A stretch of DNA of 58,032 nucleotides, filler included, from Sphacelaria rigidula (lineage: Eukaryota): the NCBI GenBank assembly GCA_964200075.2. It is 8 parts of 8 records of this genome, joined end to end, with 100 filler letters (N's around TTAATTAATTAA, not from the genome) between each part and the next. Parts side by side here need not be neighbours in the genome. Positions count along the whole stretch, not along the records: positions 50,867 to 58,032 come from CAXNAA020016174.1; 7 more parts are not named here. One strand, given 5' to 3'. The notes under the pieces are model-generated. The model made no database searches. It worked only from the letters and a program-made list of their open reading frames with translations, and was not told where the DNA came from. A program made the translations under genes and the position numbers. Shown in pieces: positions 51,152 to 58,032 of this stretch (position 1 is its first letter; each line of letters starts with the position of its first letter).

Positions 51152-53268
51152 GTCAGGGTGCTGTCATGGTCGTTGACTGTGTTGTTTCTGTCGTGTAGTG
51201 CTGGTAGCGCGGTATTGGAGTAGTTGTGGTGGTGCTGTTGTTTAGAAGTAGAAGTACAAAAAGAAGTCGTCATGGTGATTGTAGTGTTACCAGGAATGGT
51301 GAATAGTAAAGTCCAGGATACAGTTCATCTGAGGTATACAGAAAATTAGTATAGACTCGTTGAGGGTAAATGAAATGAAGGTACCGGGAGTAGTCCAAAA
51401 GTCTACACGTGTACACAACCGCGATGAGACCGTATCTCCTTCGGCATAGTTCCGAGAATATCTATGGATCTCTCCGCTCCGTTCCAGCAATGTTCATGTC
51501 TCCAGCATAGCTCGGGGAATATTTCCCCAGGAACGCTAGTCTCCCTTCTTGGGTTAATGTCCATCCTGTTCCCGGAGTAATAATCATATATACACTCCAA
51601 CTCGAGGTGGTGCCTCTCCCGACACCCCTCGAGATCACCTCTCGATGGTATGAGACCCGTTTAGGTCCCGACTCTTCACTTCTTGACAGCAATTAATTCT
51701 CGTCGAAATGCGGTGCTACACTCAATTGGCCAGACGAAACACGTTTTTTTTTTTTCTGTTTTTTACGAGAAGTGAAGCCCAAAAATCGATTCCTACAAGA
51801 TACAGAACGCAGAACTGATGCCATGGGGACATATTTGGCATCATAGTGAACCCCACTATTAGAGCAAGCAAACCGTGTGATATACCGAATTTTCCTTGCG
51901 TCCGTTGCTGTGACGCTAGTAGTGAGCATGTTTCTCGGCGGATCAGGGGCTATCAAATTGTTCTGAAATCAAAGATGCGAATTCCCAACCTAATCAAATA
52001 TCAGAGACAGCCATTAGCTAGGGAATCTAGCGCACAAAAACGTTTTGAGTACGATTTGTGTAGGATCGAATTTTACCGACCGCGGTACTTCAGGGATGGG
52101 GATTTTGGCGTCGTCGGATTCCCACTCACGATATGAGTCGAAAACCCAGAAAACCTCGTGACGGATTCCCTTATACCTGACGCAAGAGAGCCCCGACCGT
52201 CCTCAAACTTGACAGTTTGATAGATATGGTTGCTCCAAAGGGAAAGAAGAAAATTGTTCAAGACTATTTCGAGATGTATCTGCTCATTACTGCCTTATGG
52301 GAGTCCTCACTTCTGACCGTCCCGACGTTAAGACCCCCAGAAGCCGGTACGGAGCGCTCCAAACTAAAAAAATACGAATAATACTCGTCCCCAGGTAGTC
52401 CGAGAAACGTTTGTGCGTAGTTTCGTTGCGTACCCCGACACCTGATCCCGTACGGCCGATGCAAGCTTGAACGCACGAGGAAAAGTTCGGTAGCATACTC
52501 TAATCAATTAGTGAGGGGGATTCCGCGTATATTCGTACACTCCAACGTACGCGCTTGCGATTTTTCACGCGGGTTTCGAGTCAGACCCTGCAAGTTTACA
52601 CACTTGTACTATGGCATTTTGCGAAGCTTTTCATGGATGTAATTTTCATCTTTTTCCTTTCTCGCCAGATGCTTGTGGTCCCAGGAGGCGGCATAATACG
52701 CGGGACCCCGAGACCCCGGATTTCCCGCGAAAAACAAGGAAAAAAATATACTATTGAAAAACGTTCAGGGTCTATCTCGAAAAACCCGCGCGAAGAATCG
52801 TTGCGGAGTAAATTTTAGGCGTTCAACCTGAACGAATCTGAACGTTGCACGCACAATACAATCGCCATGGGTGCTTCCGGCGATAGCGCTTGCTCCCTTC
52901 ACATTCGAACGCCTCGGCTGTCGTGACTGACCACTAATCCTACCCCTGGCGCTTATCCAACTTCCAAAGCCCACCTAACTCAAATTCTAACCTTACCCCC
53001 GACTTTACCCTGTTCCAGATCTCATCACACCCCTCACGGAAGCCCGTCCGATACCCGACCTCGATTCTGTGTGCAGAAAGCCGGAACACACTTTCTGAGG
53101 ATCAGCACACAACAAATATCCCCCGAACGATCTTATGAGACGCATAGCCTCGCCATCGCCACAGTATCTTCATGCATCCGATCGTGGTACGCTAGCGTAC
53201 TCCATCCCTAGCCCCTGCAAGTTAAAGGTGCTCTTCCCCACCTCCCTGTCCGTAAACTTATGATGCAG

Positions 53269-53685
53269 AAGTCGGACGCGCAGATGTCACCTAGCAACAA
53301 GGAAGGCCACAGCAATGGCGGTAGCAACAAGAACACGGACAATGGGCACGGCGGTCGGCATGATGTCAACGAGGCAAGACACGCATCTGCGTCACCGGTT
53401 TCTCAGAATCATCGCAGCACGGGACGTTTGCGAGATGAAGGCGACGCTCCCGTTTCCAGCGGAGGCGGAGATGATAGCGAGGACGGTCGGGGTAGAGGAA
53501 GAGGGGATGCGTTCCCAGCGTCCCCGGGTTCGTTCAACGAAAGGAATTCGGTTGCAGAGGGGCAGGAGCGAGAGCGATCGCTGGCAAATAAGGAGGAGGT
53601 TGTACGGAAGCCCTTATGGGAACCGGAGGGTGATGATTGGAGGTTGGCGTTCGCTGAAGGGAACGGTGCAACGGTTTCACTGGGA
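53269..53685 (+). CDS. Probable exon of the same unknown protein (hydrophilic, 139 codons)
   Basis: gcag acceptor, GTGAGT donor, phase 0-0. Confidence 0.6.
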
Positions 53686-54647
53686 GTGAGTGACTGCGAG
53701 TTGATTTTTTTGTTTGTTCCTGCCACATACCGGGTACTCTAATACGAGCAGGCATTTTAGCGTTTGCGGAGATTTGACCGAAAAATTCCAGGGGCCTACA
53801 CGTTACACGTTCACGTTGCACGTTTCACGTCAAACGTAAAGCCAGGCTAGTACTATGGAGGGGGACGGGGACCACATGGAGAGCTCTGTTCAAAAGTCAA
53901 GTCAAATCAGAGCTCTCCACGTGGTCCCCCGCCGTAACACTAGCCTAGCTTAACTTTCGACGCACAATTTTAAATCTGAACGTGGAACATATAGGACCCT
54001 GAAAAAATCGAGATCGTGTTGTGTTGTATGGGTGAGGATTGAGCGAGGTGAGAGCAGGGGTGGCCGCGTATCTTTGCTCGGAACGCGCTTGCTCCTGCGA
54101 AGATGATTGGAGGACGGCAAAAGTAGGGCTGTGAAGTCGCCAAGTGCTTATCCTCGAACGCGTCTCTGTAGCTCGAAGCTGCGTAAGTGTTGTCATTTTC
54201 GGCACCCCATCGTCATACAAGCCCTGCTGCACGATGACGCTGCACGTGATTCTGTGGAGTGTATGCACATCAGCAGACTGCCTGTATCAATGCGGCATAA
54301 CTTGTCTCTAAAATAGTCTCTGTCGACCACCATCCCATCCAGTTGGCCTATCTTACTGCGAGATACTGTTTGACAATGACACGAAATGACGACAGACACG
54401 TGTGTATAAAGCTGGAGGCTTGGAAAATGACCAGAACAGTGACGCCACGATTTTGTTGGTGCGAAGGCCAGCACGTCAGGTTTCGAATATCCCGGAAGTT
54501 TTGTCCTTGTTCTTTCGTACAGCGGCAAGTCGTCCGTTAACGCCCAAAGAACACATCCAACTCTGTACGCCAACGTGTATTTGCATGTGTACTGTAGTTG
54601 AGGCGACTTCACGTAAAGGCAGATGTTTTGCTGTTTCTTGAAAATAT

Positions 54648-54873
54648 GATGTAGTGCAGCTGAATCGAGATAGAACACGCGACCACAAGCGCGGGCCCGG
54701 GTTCGAGTCTGCGTGGAACCTTATCTGTCTGTTGCACCTTTCGGCTCCCTTCACGTTCCTCCAGCGGGTCTTTCCATTTTTTTTTTATCTAGGTTACGTC
54801 TATTATGAGACCACGGCTGGATCCCTGGGGGATCACGTTAAGTGCGACAATTAATCAATCAATCAATCAATCA
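54648..54873 (+). mobile_element. Apparently full-length tRNA-headed SINE with (CAAT)n tail
   Basis: A-box-like TAGTGCAGCTGA, B-box GGTTCGAGTC, and the shared 3' module seen at 665-749. Confidence 0.6.
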
Positions 54874-55217
54874 AAATCTTCGAACGTACTGCGGTTACTG
54901 CGGTCCTTCAATGAGTTTTCCGCCCCGTTGCCCTCGTACGTACTTCGAATTATGTTGTCCTATCCAGAGGAGGCGTCGAAGTCAGAAGCTCTGCAAGCGA
55001 TGGATGCCTCGACTAAATTGGCTTGCAAGAATGTTGCATTGGCGCGTCAGTTTGCCGCACACCTGTCGCGCGTCGTCGGTGTAGCCTCGTTGTTATGGAC
55101 CATGATTTGTACTCTCGTCGAACCACTCTTGGCGCCGTTGAATCTCCAGCTCGTTTGCCAGATATGTGTCATAATGTCGTTTGAACTCTCCCGCTACGCT
55201 CGCGTCGTCTCTTGCAG

Positions 55218-55337
55218 AAAGGATACGCATCCCTTCGCCGCTACCAGAAGGCTTTGTTCAATGAGCAACACGCAGGGTTTTTGGTCGTCCGCCCCGATCG
55301 CAAGCTATACGAAGATCTGCGAAATCTATTGCTCCAG
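55218..55337 (+). CDS. Exon with GT8/glycogenin-like motif: KGYASLRRYQKALFNEQHAGFLVVRPDRKLYEDLRNLLLQ
   Basis: ttgcag acceptor, CAG/gtac donor, 40 codons; AGFLVVRP...YE.L resembles the GT8 N.G+++++P motif. Confidence 0.55.
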
Positions 55338-55729
55338 GTACAATTGACAGACGAGATGTGCTCCTGTCGCTACGCGCGCAACTGCGCGCATACGGCATGA
55401 GTTCTTGTTTTGCTGTGTTGCCCCGTACGTAGAACCCGAAGGCGTTCCTCTATAGCACGTACGGAGATTTGCGCGACCTGATTCGTGTTCCAGTTGAGTA
55501 GTGTGGGCGTACGTGGTTTGCGTTCTTTTCCCTCAAAGCAGCAAGAATGGTTGTTGTTTGACCGACTCCTCTCTCCTATCGCCTGCTTCTAGGGCATGGA
55601 TTGACAAAATAAGTGTAAATGCCGTAATGCCGTAGCTGACATCTGACTCGTGCACGAGAACTCACGAGGTAATCTCGAGATGTCGTGTATTGCGGTGAAT
55701 ATATTCATGTCAGTTTCGCGTGGCAGTTC

Positions 55730-55970
55730 GCCCCGGTGCCTCAGTCGGTGACCTGGAAACGTTCTGACGGTTTGGGACGTGGGTTCGAATCTCTGGGATT
55801 TTCTCTCAAATCGTGCCCAACAGTGGAGAGCGACTTTGTCGTGGGTACACGAAGTTCGACTTCATGGTCGACGAGGGAAAGGGGATCGCTGAACCCTTCT
55901 CGTTTAAATAAAAAAGGCAAGCACCGCGTAAGGAAGGTGGGGTACTGAAACAAAATGAAGAACGAAACAC
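55730..55970 (+). mobile_element. tRNA-like SINE head and body (third family)
   Basis: GGTGCCTCAGTCGG A-box-like and GGTTCGAATC B-box; no intact cloverleaf seen. Confidence 0.5.
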
Positions 55971-57439
55971 TCCTGTGCTGACCTTCCTCCTGTGTGACCC
56001 CGGCTGGTGCGCCCACATATACCGAAAGGTGTATACTGGCGTGCAGAATAGATGGAGTGACAACACAACACCACAATGTTTTACTTTCGGTGCATGATGA
56101 TGCCGATGGTTCGTAGGAGGCAGGAATCTTTGCGATACACCGCCCGCGTGGTATTTGAATATCTCCTCAGATCGATGGACAGTACCAGGGCCTTTACGGC
56201 CTGAGATGACTGCGCAGTGAAAATATCATCATACCCCACCTCCTCGCTGTGAAGCAGTCATTCATCTCCACATCATGGGCAGTATATGGCCAAAATATGC
56301 TACGGAAAAATGTACTGTGTGAAGTATAGGCCCACTCCAAGTAATGTCGACGCCGACGATAACTGCATTAGGCCTGAACTTTTCGCATTACAATTCTTGT
56401 CTATTGCATTTATTGACTGTGTAATATTGTCTGGGGTATGCTCATCTCTAAATATTGTCCTCTGTCGGCCCTGGTCCAACGTGAGGTTAGTGTTGTGGGG
56501 TGCTTGGCCAAGGTAACATGAACCGCAAGAATAAACGAGTCATTCCATGGCAGGGGTGCACACAGTATGTATCAGGTTTCAATCGTTGAGAGCCCGTCAT
56601 CTCATCCAAAGCACGACGTATGGAATATATGGGAGCACGCCACGATTAGCATTTCAATGAGCTTCTGATGTCTTGAATTAATTTTGAAACGGGAGTGTCC
56701 TGACCCCTGTTCTGTTTCATCTCCTAGCTTTTCCCCTCAATGCGAAACCTCTGGGCCCAAATTTGCGACTCCTCCCGTAGCATTACTCACCCCCCTTCCC
56801 CCGAGCCTGTTCCGGCGAAAACCCGGCGTGCTCCGTGCCGGCTTTGTAGGGATGCGAGGTGAATGGTCTGATTACTATGGCATGCATGATCATGAGTACA
56901 CCCCCCCTCCCTCCCCCCGGTGATGATAGCTTCAACGTCAAGCACTTGAAGAGTGAAGACACGGGCACCAGTAAATTGTGTTTGTATACACTGTAGGCGG
57001 TCCTCGGCGGGATGCCTACGACCACAGATGCTACAGCGCCACGGACACTACTGTCTCCGGGGAAAATTGATGCTGGTATTGTTCTGCCACGACGTTGTGT
57101 TACGTCGTATCATCTACGGTACATGCAGCCACCAGGACACCGCTAGTTGTAAGGCATCGTGCCGCCGAGATGCGGTCAATGGCAACACACCAGCGCGCGG
57201 CTTCTCACTGATGAGCGTGCAGTTAATAAATGCGAGTATATTTGTGTCGTGCAACACTTTGCATGTCTCGTATCAGAGCACCATCTCTCGTGCGTGAGAG
57301 CTCACGCCATGTGTCGGCATTGTTACCAGACGATACACCGACCTAATAAACGGGTGCGTCATTACATAACTACCTAGATAGTAAATATCTTTCATGGCAT
57401 GACGGGTCGCACCTTTTGTGCCCTTCGTTACGCTTTATG

Positions 57440-57740
57440 CTCCACGCTTCTCGGGACAAGGCCGTGGTCTCAAGGGATAACCCATCTCCCCCCCTGTACG
57501 AAACCTGGCCCCGGCTTTGTAGAGATGGACTCCCTACGGGGTTGGCGTCGGCTCGCAATGACGCTGTAAAACACGCCACTCACTGCGTAAGCTAGGCAAC
57601 GAGGTCACCGATCATTTTTACGCGCTTGCGGTTTTATTGCGGGAACCGTGGTGGTGGTCGAGCTAGATCATATCGTGCGGCGTGGGAGAACCTCAACTCC
57701 GCACAATGGGGATTATCGTACAACCTGGTGTTCAAATGGT
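57440..57740 (-). repeat. Composite copy of the abundant modular repeat
   Basis: Collinear with 50360-50600 (GGTTGGCGTCGG...CTCACTGCGTAAGCTAGGCAAC). Confidence 0.8.
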
Positions 57741-58032
57741 GTGAGTAGCACAATCCTGGCTGCACATGTGTAGCATCCTGAGAAGGTTTGGAGTGTCGAG
57801 TGCCCGGCGAAAACAGTACTCCGTGATCGACAGGGTTGTGTATCGGATGACCATTTTTTTGTACATGTCGCCAGATGGCCGCGGCCAATGCATCATAAAG
57901 TATTGGTCTTTGAGCGTTTCGGCGTAGGGCACAAGCCCCCCCCCCCCCCCCCCCCGGTGGTGAGGTGGACCCCCCGAAACACCGCTCGAGGAATGAAAAA
58001 TAATCGTAGGTGCCCTCCTCTGCCCAACTTGG

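Overview
This window is not one locus. It is eight unrelated contigs of near-identical length (7167, 7167, 7167, 7167, 7166, 7166, 7166 and 7166 bp) joined by artificial N44-TTAATTAATTAA-N44 linkers. The DNA is eukaryotic, with short GT-AG exons, long repeat-rich introns and many MITEs and SINEs. The style suggests a brown alga or related stramenopile (inference). Most ORF-track entries are spurious; the real genes were rebuilt by hand-splicing exons. Contig 1: FAD-linked oxidase of the aldonolactone-oxidase/PCMH type (minus strand). Contig 2: DEAD-box helicase DDX42. Contig 3: atypical Rab/Ras-like GTPase exons followed by a long low-complexity ORF (minus strand). Contig 4: Brr2/SNRNP200 N-terminus. 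Contig 5: a 1.7-kb palindrome interrupted by a tRNA-SINE, plus fold-back repeats. Contig 6: mostly repeats. Contig 7: GYG-filter K+ channel with C-linker and the start of a CNBD, plus a putative transposon carrying 43-bp arrays. Contig 8: low-complexity exons and a GT8-like exon. I found no CRISPR array, rRNA or operon-type system. The best leads are the giant palindrome, the non-canonical GTPase, the His-motif FAD oxidase and the modular repeat/SINE families.
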